DNA of 64,000 nucleotides, taken from Longimicrobiales bacterium (GTDB taxonomy: Bacteria > Gemmatimonadota > Gemmatimonadetes > Longimicrobiales > Gaopeijiaceae). Of this stretch, positions 27,880 to 37,871 are shown piece after piece (position 1 is the stretch's first letter; every line of letters begins with the position of its first letter). Below the pieces are notes generated by a model. The model did not search any database, had not been told where the DNA came from, and saw only the letters and a list, made by a program, of their open reading frames with translations. The position numbers and the translations under genes were made by a program. The DNA lies in the NCBI GenBank assembly GCA_965204735.1, contig OZ242008.1:1536001-1600000 (forward strand). Reading direction: 5' to 3'.

Positions 27880-28779
27880 ATGTCCGCCAAGATCATCTCC
27901 GGCAAGGAGATCGCCCGCCAGATCCGCGAAGAGCTCCACGAGCAAGTGGCCCGCTTGGCCAAGGAAGGGCTGGTGCCGGGACTGGCCACGGTCCTGGTCG
28001 GCGAAGACCCGGCCAGCCGCCTCTACGTGGGCATGAAGAACAAGGCTGCGGCCGCGGCCGGCATCCACTCGCGGCAGCTGACCCTCTCCGACGAGACCAG
28101 CGAGGCCGAGCTGCTGGCACTGGTGGACGAGCTCAACGCCGACCCGGAGATCCACGGCATCCTGGTCCAGCTTCCCCTGCCGAAGCAGATCGACGAGGCG
28201 AAGGTGCTGCTGGCCGTCGACCCGGCGAAGGACGTGGACGGCTTCCATCCCGTTAACGTCGGACGCCTCGCCACCGGGGACCCGGAGGTGCTGGCGCCGT
28301 GCACCCCCCGCGGCGTGATCGAGATGCTGCTGCGCAGCGGAGCGGACCCGTCGGGGAAGCACGTGGTCGTGGTGGGCCGCTCCAACATCGTGGGCAAGCC
28401 GATGGCGTTCCTCCTGCTGCGGCGGGCGCCTGGGGGCAACGCCACCGTGACGGTGGCCCACAGCCGCACCGCCGACCTGGGCGCGGTGACTCGAACGGCC
28501 GACATCCTCGTGGTCGCCGTGGGGTGGGCCGGGCTCGTCACGGGCGAGATGATCAAGCCCGGCGCGGTGGTGATCGACGTGGGCACCAACAGAGTGGACG
28601 ACCCGACCCGGGAGCGGGGCTACAAGGTCGTCGGCGACGTGGAGTTCGATTCGGCCAAGGAGGTGGCGTCGGCGATCACGCCGGTGCCGGGCGGCGTCGG
28701 CCCCATGACGATCGCGATGCTCCTGGCCAACACCGTCGAGGCCGCGGTCCGCCTGCGGGCGAAGGGCGTCGGTCCGTGA
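27880..28779 (+). CDS. folD: Bifunctional methylenetetrahydrofolate dehydrogenase/cyclohydrolase
   Basis: [12 protein letters not shown] start; [26 protein letters not shown] and [11 protein letters not shown] motifs. Confidence 0.97.
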   Translation: MSAKIISGKEIARQIREELHEQVARLAKEGLVPGLATVLVGEDPASRLYVGMKNKAAAAAGIHSRQLTLSDETSEAELLALVDELNADPEIHGILVQLPLPKQIDEAKVLLAVDPAKDVDGFHPVNVGRLATGDPEVLAPCTPRGVIEMLLRSGADPSGKHVVVVGRSNIVGKPMAFLLLRRAPGGNATVTVAHSRTADLGAVTRTADILVVAVGWAGLVTGEMIKPGAVVIDVGTNRVDDPTRERGYKVVGDVEFDSAKEVASAITPVPGGVGPMTIAMLLANTVEAAVRLRAKGVGP

Positions 28780-28950
28780 AGGCCGGCGGCGAGCGAGCCC
28801 CCGCGAGCTGGGCGTGACCGTGAACATCTCCACGGGGAGGACGCCCCGGATGCCGCCGCCGCGCCCCGGCCCCGCGAGCCGGGCGTGACCGCGAACATCT
28901 CCACGGGCGCTTGGTCCGTGAGGGCCGGCGGCGAGTGAGCCCCCGCGAGC
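28771..28950 (+). repeat. Degenerate 71-bp-period tandem repeat between folD and xseA
   Basis: 38-mer at 28771-28808 recurs at 28913-28950 (offset 142, 2 mismatches); 38-mer at 28799-28836 recurs at 28870-28907 (offset 71, 2 mismatches). Confidence 0.85.
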
Positions 28951-30308
28951 CCGACCTCTTCTCCAGCGCGGCGGGCAAGGACCCAGGGCCTCGGTTGGTC
29001 GAAGACGGCGCCGGGCCCGGCCTGCGCGACGCGCCCAAGGAACGCCGGGCGCCCGCTCGGACGAACGAACTTCGCCTGCCCGGCCCGCGAGTCTGGTCGG
29101 TCGGCCAGGTCAACCGGGCGGCCCGCCTTCTGCTGGAGCAGTCGCTGCCCCGCATGTGGGTGTCGGGCGAGGTGGCCAACTTCAAGCGCCACCGCTCCGA
29201 CCACCGCTACTTCACCCTCAAGGACGCGTCGGCCCAGCTTCGGTGCGTGCTCTTCCGCCGAGAGGCGGCCCGCCTGCCCATGGACCCCCGCGACGGGACG
29301 ACCGTGCGCGTCTTCGGCCACCTGACGCTCTACGAGGCCGGCGGCGCCTACCAGTTCGTCGCGTCGAAGCTGGAGGCCGAGAGCGAGGGCGGGATGTGGA
29401 AGCTCGCCTTCGAGCGCCTTCGGAAGCGGCTGGAGGCCGAGGGGCTCACCGACCCGGCGCGCAAGCGGCCGCTGCCGACGTTTCCGCGGGCGGTGGGGGT
29501 GGTCACCTCGCCGGGAAGCGCTGCGCTGCGGGACATCGTGGCCGTCGTGCGCCGTCGCGCGCCCTGGGTGCGGCTGGTGGTGCGCGGCGCGACCGTGCAG
29601 GGGGAGGGCGCCGCCCTAGAGGTCGCCTCTGCCGTGGCCCGCCTGGGGGAGACCGATGTGGACGTGATCGTCGTCGCCCGAGGAGGGGGGTCGGTGGAGG
29701 ACTTGTGGGCGTTCAACGAAGAGCCCGTCGCCAGGGCGGTCGCCGCCAGCCGGGCGCCGGTGGTCTCGGGAGTCGGACACGAGACCGACGTGACGATCTG
29801 CGACTTGGTGGCGGACGTGCGGGCCGCGACGCCATCCGCCGCGGCCGAGGCCGTCGTGCCCGAACGACGGGCGGTCGAGCGGATTCTCGACGCCTACGGC
29901 CTACGCTTGGGAAGAGCGCTCGCTTCCCGGGCCCGTTTCCACAGGGAGCGGCTGGAGCGCGGCGAGGACGCCCTCTTCCGCCGGGTCCGCCGTTTGGTGC
30001 CGGCGCGACGGGAACGCCTTGAACGAGGACGCGCCGCCATGGCCGGCGCCGTGGGCCGCCGCATCGACCGAGACGCTGTGCGCTTGGCCGGCGCGTCCGC
30101 CGCGATGGAGGCGCTGTCGCCCCTTTCGACCCTTGCGCGCGGCTACGCGGTCCCCCTGGACCGGAAGGGACGCCTCCTCCGCGGCACCGGCGACTTCGCG
30201 CCGGAGATGGCCTTCCGCCTTCGGGTCGTGGACGGGAGCGTGGCGTGCACGGTGACCGATCCCCCCGCCGGCGACGCGACCCAGGGCGAGCGACCGGCCG
30301 CCCGATGA
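28935..30308 (+). CDS. xseA: Exodeoxyribonuclease VII large subunit (start approximate)
   Basis: WVSGEVANFK..S.HRYFTLKD, ARGGGSVEDLWAFNEE, SGVGHETD and TPSAAAE motifs; GTG at 28935. Confidence 0.95.
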   Translation: MSPREPDLFSSAAGKDPGPRLVEDGAGPGLRDAPKERRAPARTNELRLPGPRVWSVGQVNRAARLLLEQSLPRMWVSGEVANFKRHRSDHRYFTLKDASAQLRCVLFRREAARLPMDPRDGTTVRVFGHLTLYEAGGAYQFVASKLEAESEGGMWKLAFERLRKRLEAEGLTDPARKRPLPTFPRAVGVVTSPGSAALRDIVAVVRRRAPWVRLVVRGATVQGEGAALEVASAVARLGETDVDVIVVARGGGSVEDLWAFNEEPVARAVAASRAPVVSGVGHETDVTICDLVADVRAATPSAAAEAVVPERRAVERILDAYGLRLGRALASRARFHRERLERGEDALFRRVRRLVPARRERLERGRAAMAGAVGRRIDRDAVRLAGASAAMEALSPLSTLARGYAVPLDRKGRLLRGTGDFAPEMAFRLRVVDGSVACTVTDPPAGDATQGERPAAR

Positions 30309-30559
30309 GCGACGAAGCCCCGGCGAGGGACGCCGTTCCAGCGAGCGAAGCGGTTTCCGAGGTCGCCGAAATGGGACTGGAGGCCCGCCTGGCCCGGATC
30401 GAGGAGATCGCTCGGACGCTGGATTCGGACGCCCTGGGCTTGGACGAGGCGCTTGCGCTCTTCGAGGAAGGCGTCGCCCACGTTCGTCGCGCGAAGGCGC
30501 GCTTGGGCGCCGCAGAACTCAAGGTCGAGGAGCTCACCGCCACGGGAGAAGATGTCTGA
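30305..30559 (+). CDS. xseB: Exodeoxyribonuclease VII small subunit
   Basis: LEARLARIEEIARTLDS..LGLDEALALFEEG; ATGA overlap with the xseA stop. Confidence 0.92.
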   Translation: MSDEAPARDAVPASEAVSEVAEMGLEARLARIEEIARTLDSDALGLDEALALFEEGVAHVRRAKARLGAAELKVEELTATGEDV

Positions 30560-31424
30560 CCGCACGCGGATCGAGTCGGCGATCGAGCGGGCGTTGGGCG
30601 ACTTGACCCAAGTGCTGCCGCCGCCGCTCGCGGAGGTCGCTTGGACCGGGGTCGCCAGCGGGGGGAAGCGCCTGCGCCCGATGCTGACGGTCGCCGCCTA
30701 CGAGGAGGTGGGCGGCGTGCCGGCCGAGCCGGTCTACGACTTGGCGGCGTCGGTGGAGCTGATCCACGCCTACTCCCTCATGCACGACGACTTGCCCTGC
30801 ATGGACGACGCTCCCCTGCGCCGGGGCGTCCCCACCCCTCACGTGGTCCACGGCGTGGCGTCCACCGCGCTGGCGGGTGCCGCGCTGATCCCCTGGGCCG
30901 CCGCCCGCGCCTACGAGGCCGCTTCCGCCGTCGGAAGGCCGCCCCCTGAAGCCGCCCGCATCGCCGAGCGCCTGCTGGAAGCGGCGGGTGCCGGGGGAAT
31001 GATCGGCGGCCAGTTCCTCGACCTGCTGGCCGAGGGCCGGACCCTGGACGAGGAGGAGCTGTCGGTTCTTCACGGCCTCAAGACGGGCGCCCTTCTCTCC
31101 GCCTCCCTGGAGGTGGGGGCGATGGCGGCGGGCGCCGACGACGATCTGCTCGCGGCGGTGAGCGCGTTCGGGCGGCGCCTGGGGCTGGCGTTTCAGGTCA
31201 TGGACGACGTGCTGGACGCCACCGCCTCCTTGGACGTCCTGGGCAAGCTGCCGTCGGACGAGGCGATGGCGAAGTCGACCTACGTGGCGCTTCTGGGCGT
31301 CGACGGCGCACGCAAGAGGGGAGGGCAGCTGGCGGCCCGGGCGGAGGCGGCCCTGGACGCGGCGGGCCTTGCGGCTCCCCGACTGAAGCAGCTGGCCCGG
31401 TTCGTGATCGAGCGACGGCGGTGA
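30552..31424 (+). CDS. ispA: Polyprenyl (farnesyl/geranylgeranyl) diphosphate synthase
   Basis: GGKRLRP, ELIHAYSLMHDDLPCMD, LKTGAL and FQVMDDVLD motifs; follows xseB. Confidence 0.92.
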   Translation: MSDRTRIESAIERALGDLTQVLPPPLAEVAWTGVASGGKRLRPMLTVAAYEEVGGVPAEPVYDLAASVELIHAYSLMHDDLPCMDDAPLRRGVPTPHVVHGVASTALAGAALIPWAAARAYEAASAVGRPPPEAARIAERLLEAAGAGGMIGGQFLDLLAEGRTLDEEELSVLHGLKTGALLSASLEVGAMAAGADDDLLAAVSAFGRRLGLAFQVMDDVLDATASLDVLGKLPSDEAMAKSTYVALLGVDGARKRGGQLAARAEAALDAAGLAAPRLKQLARFVIERRR

Positions 31425-32695
31425 CGGCCCCGCGCTCCCCCTCCACCGCCTTTCGGCGCATCGCGATCTTCGGCAAGGAGGCGCTCGGCCCCGCTTCCGG
31501 CCGACTTCGCGACGAGGGGCCCGGCCCGGCCGTCGCCCGCGCCTGTCGCAGCGTGGCGAAGGTGGCGGCCGAGTTCGGAGCGACCGTGACCGTCGAGCCC
31601 TCGCTGGCCCCGATCGTGGGCAGGGGCGCCGGCGTGGAGGCGGCAGCCGACGTGGCGTCCGCCGATCTGCTGATCTCGCTCGGAGGCGATGGAACCCTGC
31701 TTCGGGCGGCCCGCTCGGTCCTGGAGGACATTGTTCCCGGCCCGGAGGCAGTTCCCGGCTCGGAGCCGCCCCCCAGCCCGGAGGCGGCCCCCAGCCAGGC
31801 GGCTCCCAGCCCGGAGACGATTGCCAGCCTGGAGGCGGCTCCCAGCCCGGGGACGGTTTCCAGCCCGGGGACCGTTCCCCGCCAGGCGGCTCCCGGCCCG
31901 GAGACGGCTCCCAGCCCGGAGACGGTTCCCGGCTCGGAGCCGAACTCGCCTGGTCCGGAGCGCAACGTTCCCTTGTCTGACGACCGTGCGCCCGTCCCAG
32001 AACGCGTCCCCATCCTGGGAATCAACTTGGGAAACCTGGGCTTTCTCGCTTCCGTGGCCGCCGCCGAAGTGGAATCGGGCCTTCGGCGCGTCCTGCGGGG
32101 CGAGTACGAGATCGAGAAGCGGCGAACCCTCGAGGCTGAAGTGCGCCCCGCGCGTCCAGCCCCGGCGGCGCAGCACCAACCGGCCGGCCGCGTCGCCGAC
32201 CGATTCCCGACGGTCCAGCGCTTCACGGCGCTCAACGACGTGGTCGTCCACAAGGCCGGCGCCGCGCGCGTGACTCGCCTGGACCTGTGGGTCGGAGAAG
32301 GCGAAGGTCGGCAGGAGATCGGCAGCTTTTCCGGCGACGGAGTCATCCTGGCCACGCCGACGGGCTCCACGGCGTACTCCCTTTCCGCCGGGGGGCCGAT
32401 CGTGGTCCCGGAGCTCAACTGCTTCCTCGTCACGCCCATCCTTCCCCACACGCTGGCGGTCCGCCCCCTGGTCATGCCCGGCGACGAGGAGATCACCGTC
32501 ACCATCCTGGACCGAGGCGAGCCTCTGCACCTCACCGTGGACGGCCGCGAGGGGACGGAGCTGCGGCCGACGGACCGAGTGGTGGTGCGGATGGGCCGCT
32601 CCCAGCTCCGCTTGGTCCGCCTGCCGAACCACTCCTTCTTCGCGACCCTCCGGCGGAAGCTGAACTGGGCCGTCAACCCTCCTGAAGGCCACTGA
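31421..32695 (+). CDS. nadK: NAD(+) kinase with a ~90-aa low-complexity insertion
   Basis: GGDGTLL, PILGINLGNLGFL, ALND and TPTGSTAYSLSAGGP motifs; precedes recN. Confidence 0.93.
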   Translation: MTAPRSPSTAFRRIAIFGKEALGPASGRLRDEGPGPAVARACRSVAKVAAEFGATVTVEPSLAPIVGRGAGVEAAADVASADLLISLGGDGTLLRAARSVLEDIVPGPEAVPGSEPPPSPEAAPSQAAPSPETIASLEAAPSPGTVSSPGTVPRQAAPGPETAPSPETVPGSEPNSPGPERNVPLSDDRAPVPERVPILGINLGNLGFLASVAAAEVESGLRRVLRGEYEIEKRRTLEAEVRPARPAPAAQHQPAGRVADRFPTVQRFTALNDVVVHKAGAARVTRLDLWVGEGEGRQEIGSFSGDGVILATPTGSTAYSLSAGGPIVVPELNCFLVTPILPHTLAVRPLVMPGDEEITVTILDRGEPLHLTVDGREGTELRPTDRVVVRMGRSQLRLVRLPNHSFFATLRRKLNWAVNPPEGH

Positions 32696-32729
32696 CTCCA
32701 CCCGCACCGTGCCACCATCCGCCTGACCC

Positions 32730-34409
32730 GTGATCGTCGAGTTGCGGATCCGCGACTTCGCGGTGATCGAGGAGCTGTCGGTGCCCCTGTCGCCGGGGCT
32801 GAACGTGGTCACCGGCGAGACCGGGGCGGGGAAGTCCATCGTGGTGGACGCGCTGGGGCTGCTCGTGGGCGGTCGCGCGGCGTCTTCGTCGGTGCGCGCC
32901 GGGCGGGAGAGGGCGGTGGTGGAAGGCGTGGTGGACATGAGCGGCCTCGACGGGGTCGCCCGTCGTCTGGCCGACCTGGGACTGGCCGGCGACGAGGAGC
33001 CGCACCTGCTTCTGCGCCGGGAGGTGCGGGCCGAGGGCCGGAGCCGAAGCTGGGTCAACGACTCGCCTGCGACCGCCGGCGCCCTTCGCAGCGTGGGCGA
33101 GGCGCTGGTGGACATTCACGGCCAGCACGAGCACCAGCGGCTCCTCGCGGGGGACTTTCAGCAGCAGGTCCTCGACGAGTTCGGCGGCTGCGCCGAGCTG
33201 GCCGACCGCGTGGCGGAAGCGTTCCGGCGCGCCGCCGAGCTGCGAAGGCGGCTGACCGGGGCCGAGTCTCGTCGCCGGGAGCTGGAGAGCCGAGCCGACT
33301 TTCTGCGCTTCCAGCTGGACGAGATCGAAGCCGCGAAGGTGGAGCCGGAGGAAGGGGAGCGGCTGCGCGTCGAGATCGCTCGCCTGGCCAACGCCGAGAC
33401 CCTGGCCCGGGAGAGCGGCGCCCTTCACGAACTCCTGCACGCGGGGGAGGGCGCCGTGGCCGACCGCTTGGCCGACGCGACGGCCCGAGTGCGCCGCATG
33501 GGCGAGACGGACCCGAGCCTGGCCGCGCTGGTCGCCGCGCTGGAGGACGCCTACCACCGGGTGACCGACGCCGCCGGCGAGCTGGCGGCCTACGGCGAAG
33601 GGATCGAGCACGACCCCGCCCGCCTGGAGCTCCTCCGGGAGCGCGACGCCCTCCTCCACGCGCTGAAGCGGAAGTACGGCGCCACCGTGGAGGACGTGAT
33701 CGCGACCGGCGAGGCCCTCCGGCGGGAGCTGGACGAGCTGAACGAGACCCAAGTGGACGCGGGCGCGCTGGCCCGGGATCTGGCGCAGGCCGACGCGGCC
33801 TGGAAGGACGCTGCCGAAGCCCTCTCGGCGCGGCGTCGCGAGGCGGCGGACCGCCTCTCCCAGGCTGCGAGCGCCCTCTTCCCCGGACTGGGATTGGAGG
33901 GCGGCCGCTTCCGCGTCCAGCTGGAGGAGCGCGGGGAGCCGTCGCCTCGAGGGCTGGAGCGGGTGCGCTTCACGGCCTCGATGAACCCGGGCTTCCCGCC
34001 GGGACCGTTGGCCAGGATCGCCTCGGGCGGGGAGCTCTCTCGGGTCATGCTCGCCCTCAAGTCTGTTCTGGCAGGAGTCGACGACGTGCCCGTCCTCGTG
34101 TTCGACGAGATCGACTCCGGCGTCGGCGGCGCCGTGGCGGCCCAGGTCGGCGATCGGCTTGCGGAAGTCGCCCAGGGGCGTCAAGTGCTCGTGGTCACCC
34201 ACTTGGCCCGGATCGCCGCCCGCGCGTCGAGCCACCTGCTGGTGGAGAAGGACGCCGGCGGAGGCCGCGCAAAGACCTCGCTGCGCCGGCTCGGGCGCGA
34301 GGACCGGGTCCGCGAAGTCGCGCGGATGCTGGGAGGCGACCCGGACTCGCCACCGTCGCTCCGCCACGCCCGAGAGCTGCTAGGCCCGTGCGTGCCTAGC
34401 CCAGCCTAG
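32730..34409 (+). CDS. recN: DNA repair protein RecN
   Basis: TGETGAGKS Walker A, DIHGQHEHQ, ASGGELSR signature, FDEIDSG Walker B. Confidence 0.97.
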   Translation: MIVELRIRDFAVIEELSVPLSPGLNVVTGETGAGKSIVVDALGLLVGGRAASSSVRAGRERAVVEGVVDMSGLDGVARRLADLGLAGDEEPHLLLRREVRAEGRSRSWVNDSPATAGALRSVGEALVDIHGQHEHQRLLAGDFQQQVLDEFGGCAELADRVAEAFRRAAELRRRLTGAESRRRELESRADFLRFQLDEIEAAKVEPEEGERLRVEIARLANAETLARESGALHELLHAGEGAVADRLADATARVRRMGETDPSLAALVAALEDAYHRVTDAAGELAAYGEGIEHDPARLELLRERDALLHALKRKYGATVEDVIATGEALRRELDELNETQVDAGALARDLAQADAAWKDAAEALSARRREAADRLSQAASALFPGLGLEGGRFRVQLEERGEPSPRGLERVRFTASMNPGFPPGPLARIASGGELSRVMLALKSVLAGVDDVPVLVFDEIDSGVGGAVAAQVGDRLAEVAQGRQVLVVTHLARIAARASSHLLVEKDAGGGRAKTSLRRLGREDRVREVARMLGGDPDSPPSLRHARELLGPCVPSPA

Positions 34410-34580
34410 CCCAGCCCATGGGTATGTCGGGCATGTGACGGCTCGCCGGGTCAGCGGTTCGCTGCTCGGCCGCCACTAGCCACCACCGGCTGGGCGAGCG
34501 TTGGGGTCAGCCCAGCGGTGCAGCCCCGGTCGTCTTTGTCCAGTGCCTGGAAAGCGACGGCTTGGCGTCGCCTTCGTCCA

Positions 34581-34865
34581 CTACCGCCCCTCCGCGTCGC
34601 CGTTGCCGGCCACGGCCAGGAACTCGTCGGCAGTGTCGCACTCCACGACCGCGTCCCCGACCCGCGCCAGCTGCTCGGCGCTCATGGAGCGCAGCTGCTC
34701 CTCCAGCCGTCGCGCCGTCTGGGCCCCGAACCGCCGCGAAGCCAGCAAGATCGCTCGGCCTTCCGCGCGCCCCCGTTCGAGCCCCTGCTTGAGCCCCTGC
34801 TGGAGCCCCTGCTCCAGGCCCCGCTGCCGGTGGCCCTCCGCCCACTCCGCATAGGTCTGGCCCAT
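34581..34865 (-). CDS. Putative in-frame internal small protein (RpnS-like antitoxin, 94 aa)
   Basis: AAGGAGGAGG (34880-34871, minus strand) lies 5 nt before an in-frame ATG (MGQTYAEW...). Confidence 0.6.
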   Translation of the reverse strand: MGQTYAEWAEGHRQRGLEQGLQQGLKQGLERGRAEGRAILLASRRFGAQTARRLEEQLRSMSAEQLARVGDAVVECDTADEFLAVAGNGDAEGR

Positions 34866-35657
34866 CTCTTCCTCCTCCTTCGGTTGGATGATCTGCTCCA
34901 CGATGTCCTCACGTGCCTCTTCCGGCGCGCCCACCTTACGCAGCCGCTCGTCCGTCCAGTCTGCGAACGCCTGCCGCTCTGTAAGATAGTCCGGGCCGGC
35001 CCACTGCTCCGCCATGCTCTGGTGCACCGCCGGAAAGTTCGTCCACGGGTCCTCCTCCAGCGCCGCGACCCAGCCCAGCACGCTCTCCCTGGGAAGCAAC
35101 CCTTGCGCCAGCGCCGACCGCAAGTCAAGCAGCCCGTAGCCGTGAGTGGTCGCCAAGCCAGCGACCGCCCGCGCCACGACCGGCGACGGCTCCTCCCTGC
35201 TGGCCAGCCCGGCCAGCGTCGTCTCGGCCGTCCACGGCCGCGTGCCGGTGTAGACGACGAACGAGAGCACGAGGGGCATGGCGCCGTCGGGGTCGCGCTG
35301 GCGCTCGTGCGTGTGCAGCACCGTGTGGGCGGCCTCGCTGTAGCGCAGCGTCCTGAGGACCATGCCCGGATCGACGGAGGACTGGAACTCGAAGAGGAAG
35401 ACGGCGGATCGACCGTCCTTGAACCGGACGCGCCAAGCGCAGTCGCAGAGCCGGCGCCGCAGGTCGGGGCCGACGGTCTCGGTGGGGAAGGGATCGACGG
35501 CCAGCAGGTCGAGCTGGTCGGCCCAGCACTTGGCCGCCAAGTCGCGGATGAGGGCCACGACGGCAGCCACGGTGTTGAAGAGGCGCTTGTAGCTCTGGTC
35601 GTGGCGGCGGCGTTCCAGCGTGGTGAGAGAGGGCGGTTCGCTGGTGGAAGGGTCCAT
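34581..35657 (-). CDS. Rpn/YhgA-family recombination-promoting nuclease (Transposase_31-type PD-(D/E)xK-like domain)
   Basis: HDQSYKRLF, RLCDCAWRV, FLFEFQSSVDPGMVLR and VVYTGTRPW motifs; C-terminal GLEQ/GLQQ/GLKQ repeats and RRFG tail; ATG at 35657 with GGAG upstream. Confidence 0.88.
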   Translation of the reverse strand: MDPSTSEPPSLTTLERRRHDQSYKRLFNTVAAVVALIRDLAAKCWADQLDLLAVDPFPTETVGPDLRRRLCDCAWRVRFKDGRSAVFLFEFQSSVDPGMVLRTLRYSEAAHTVLHTHERQRDPDGAMPLVLSFVVYTGTRPWTAETTLAGLASREEPSPVVARAVAGLATTHGYGLLDLRSALAQGLLPRESVLGWVAALEEDPWTNFPAVHQSMAEQWAGPDYLTERQAFADWTDERLRKVGAPEEAREDIVEQIIQPKEEEEMGQTYAEWAEGHRQRGLEQGLQQGLKQGLERGRAEGRAILLASRRFGAQTARRLEEQLRSMSAEQLARVGDAVVECDTADEFLAVAGNGDAEGR

Positions 35658-35860
35658 TGCGGCGGCTCCGTTGCGTCCGAGACGAGAGGCGCTTCGGAGG
35701 CGTCGCGGACGGAGTTCCCCCGAAGCTGGCCGGGACGGTCTCCGGCTCTGGCCCAAGGATCTCACCGTGCGTGCGCCATTTCCATGGCTGGATGGGACAG
35801 ATTTTTTTTCGTCTCTTCCGGGCTGGCCCCGGCGGCCCCCGGGCGTCGTCTGAATCCCTA

Positions 35861-37657
35861 TCAGCCGCCCCAGACTCCTACGTAGACCCGGAAGCCCGCC
35901 TCCAGGGAACCGGTCACCGGCACGCTGGTTCCGCTGCCCGCTACGACCTGCCGATAGACGGCCCGCACTTCGAAGGGCCGCCGCCGCGCGTCCTCCGGTT
36001 CCTGCCGGGCGCCCCTGCCGAATCCGGACCGCGGCGAGCCCAGCCGGCTGTAGACGATCCCCGCGACGACTCGGCCTGTCGAGGCGCCGCTTCCAGGCAC
36101 CAGGACGTTCGGGTCCAGAGCGGAGACGGGACCCGTGGACGGCTCGGGAGCGGCAGAGGAGCCGTCTCCCTCGATCGGGTCCGCCGCCCACAGCGCGAAG
36201 GAGTCCTCTCCCTTGCTGAAGTGCCGGTAGCCCGCCACCAGCGTGACGGCCCCGGCGATCCTGAACCATGGCGCGACCTCGGCGAAGAAGTAGTCGCCCG
36301 GGTTCCACTCCAGGCGGGCCAAGGTGGCTGCCGGTGCCATGGCGTAGCCCGGGTCGAACACGCGCCGCTCGGTGATCCCGGGCAGCTGGACGCCGTAGCG
36401 CAGGTCGGTCCACAGCCCCAGCCGGTCCCGCCAGCTGCCGTTCAGCCAGCCCCGCACTTCCACGTCGGTCTGGCGGTCGCCCGAGCCCATGTCCAGGAAG
36501 TTGGCCGGATCGTCCTGCGTGCCGGTGGGGAGCCTGACCAGAGTCCCCGCGCCTGCGGTCAGCGTGTAGCCGGGCTCGGTCTTGTCGAGCCAGCGCGCGT
36601 CGGCGCGAAGCTCCAAGTCGCCCAGCATCCAAAGGGAGCGCCACCCCGCGAAGGGAAAGTTCCCCGCAGTGCCGTACGCCGGGATGGTCGCGAAGTCCTG
36701 CAGGTCCTCCGTCGAGAAGGGCGCGTCGGCGAGGGGCAGGGCGCCGGGCAAGGCTGCTCCTGCGGCTTGGAACGCCTCGGCGAACTCGGCCAGCCGCGCC
36801 CGCAGCGCCATGCCGGCCGCCGAGCCCGCCAACGGCGCCACCGGACTCCCGTACATGACGGACAGTGCCCGATGAAACGACCGCGACCCCGACAGGACGG
36901 CCGTCGCGTCCCGGCAGCTCGTGGACGTCGGGTCGGCCGCGCAGAGACCGGCCCGGTACGAGTCGTATCCGTCGACGGAGGCGTCCAGACGCGACAGGAA
37001 CCTGGAGACTTCGGCAGGGTCGTCGAGCGCCGGGCTGAACCCCGCGTTGGCGCTGGCCGAGTCCGAGGCGAAGTGGAAGACGAACTCGGTCTCGTTCCGA
37101 ACGAACGCCGCCGAGGCTCCGACGGAGAGCCAGTCGAACACTCCCACGTCCAGCGACACCGGCAGCCGCACCGAGTTCTTCTCGACCGACGAGGTCATCA
37201 CGCCCAGGCTGGCCGCGTAGTCCCCCCCGATCGCGTCGCGCACCGCCGCCTCGAACCCCGCCAGCGTGGGAAAGATCGCCGGACCCACGTCCCCGCTGAA
37301 GAAGCTCGCCAGAGAACGCGAACCGTCGCCTGCCACCGTCGCGCTCCTTGCCCCCGGCAAGCCGCCGTAGACGCTCGTGAACGACGAGTAGCCAGTGCCG
37401 AAGTCCAGCCGCACCATGCCGCGGGGGACCAGAGGCGGGTACGGCTCCTGGGCGGCCGACGGCGCGAAGGCCGGCGCGGCAACGGACAACGCCAAGGCGC
37501 CGGCAAGGACGGAAGCGGTACGGGTCAGGGCGAGAGCCAGCGTTGCGGGAAGTCGGATCGGCCTCTGCGGGAGCGTCGAGTCGATGGAGACGGAGGGCTG
37601 GGCCGTATCGGGCCGAAAGATAACCTTGACGGGCGCGGGCGATTTTCGTACCGTCAT
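35861..37657 (-). CDS. Hypothetical exported / outer-membrane-like protein (start uncertain)
   Basis: 598-aa ORF; signal-like ALALSVAAPAFAPSAAQ; alternating beta-strand pattern and aromatic C-terminus (GFRVYVGVWGG). Confidence 0.65.
   Translation of the reverse strand: MTVRKSPAPVKVIFRPDTAQPSVSIDSTLPQRPIRLPATLALALTRTASVLAGALALSVAAPAFAPSAAQEPYPPLVPRGMVRLDFGTGYSSFTSVYGGLPGARSATVAGDGSRSLASFFSGDVGPAIFPTLAGFEAAVRDAIGGDYAASLGVMTSSVEKNSVRLPVSLDVGVFDWLSVGASAAFVRNETEFVFHFASDSASANAGFSPALDDPAEVSRFLSRLDASVDGYDSYRAGLCAADPTSTSCRDATAVLSGSRSFHRALSVMYGSPVAPLAGSAAGMALRARLAEFAEAFQAAGAALPGALPLADAPFSTEDLQDFATIPAYGTAGNFPFAGWRSLWMLGDLELRADARWLDKTEPGYTLTAGAGTLVRLPTGTQDDPANFLDMGSGDRQTDVEVRGWLNGSWRDRLGLWTDLRYGVQLPGITERRVFDPGYAMAPAATLARLEWNPGDYFFAEVAPWFRIAGAVTLVAGYRHFSKGEDSFALWAADPIEGDGSSAAPEPSTGPVSALDPNVLVPGSGASTGRVVAGIVYSRLGSPRSGFGRGARQEPEDARRRPFEVRAVYRQVVAGSGTSVPVTGSLEAGFRVYVGVWGG
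37626..37654 (+). promoter_or_regulatory. Sigma70-type promoter of the tRNA-Gly/tRNA-Cys unit
   Basis: TTGACG-N17-TACCGT followed by GC-rich sequence, ~95 nt upstream of tRNA-Gly. Confidence 0.6.
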
Positions 37658-37748
37658 ACCCCCGGCGCCGGCGCGCCAGCTCGGCCCGGGGATGCAAATC
37701 CATCTGGGATTCTGGGAGCCTAGCGGCCAGCGGGAATCCCAGCCCCAT

Positions 37749-37821
<73 letters not shown>

Positions 37822-37871
37822 CTTGCGAACAAAGGGGGCGGCGGCCGTTGCCGTGCGCCCCCTTTCGTGTC

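Noticed and set aside
26191..28779. 862-aa ORF appearing to extend FolD
   Set aside because: The upstream part overlaps rny out of frame; FolD homology starts at ATG 27880.
28771..28950. CRISPR-like repeat-spacer pattern
   Set aside because: The repeats overlap as a tandem duplication, there are no unique spacers, and no cas genes are present.
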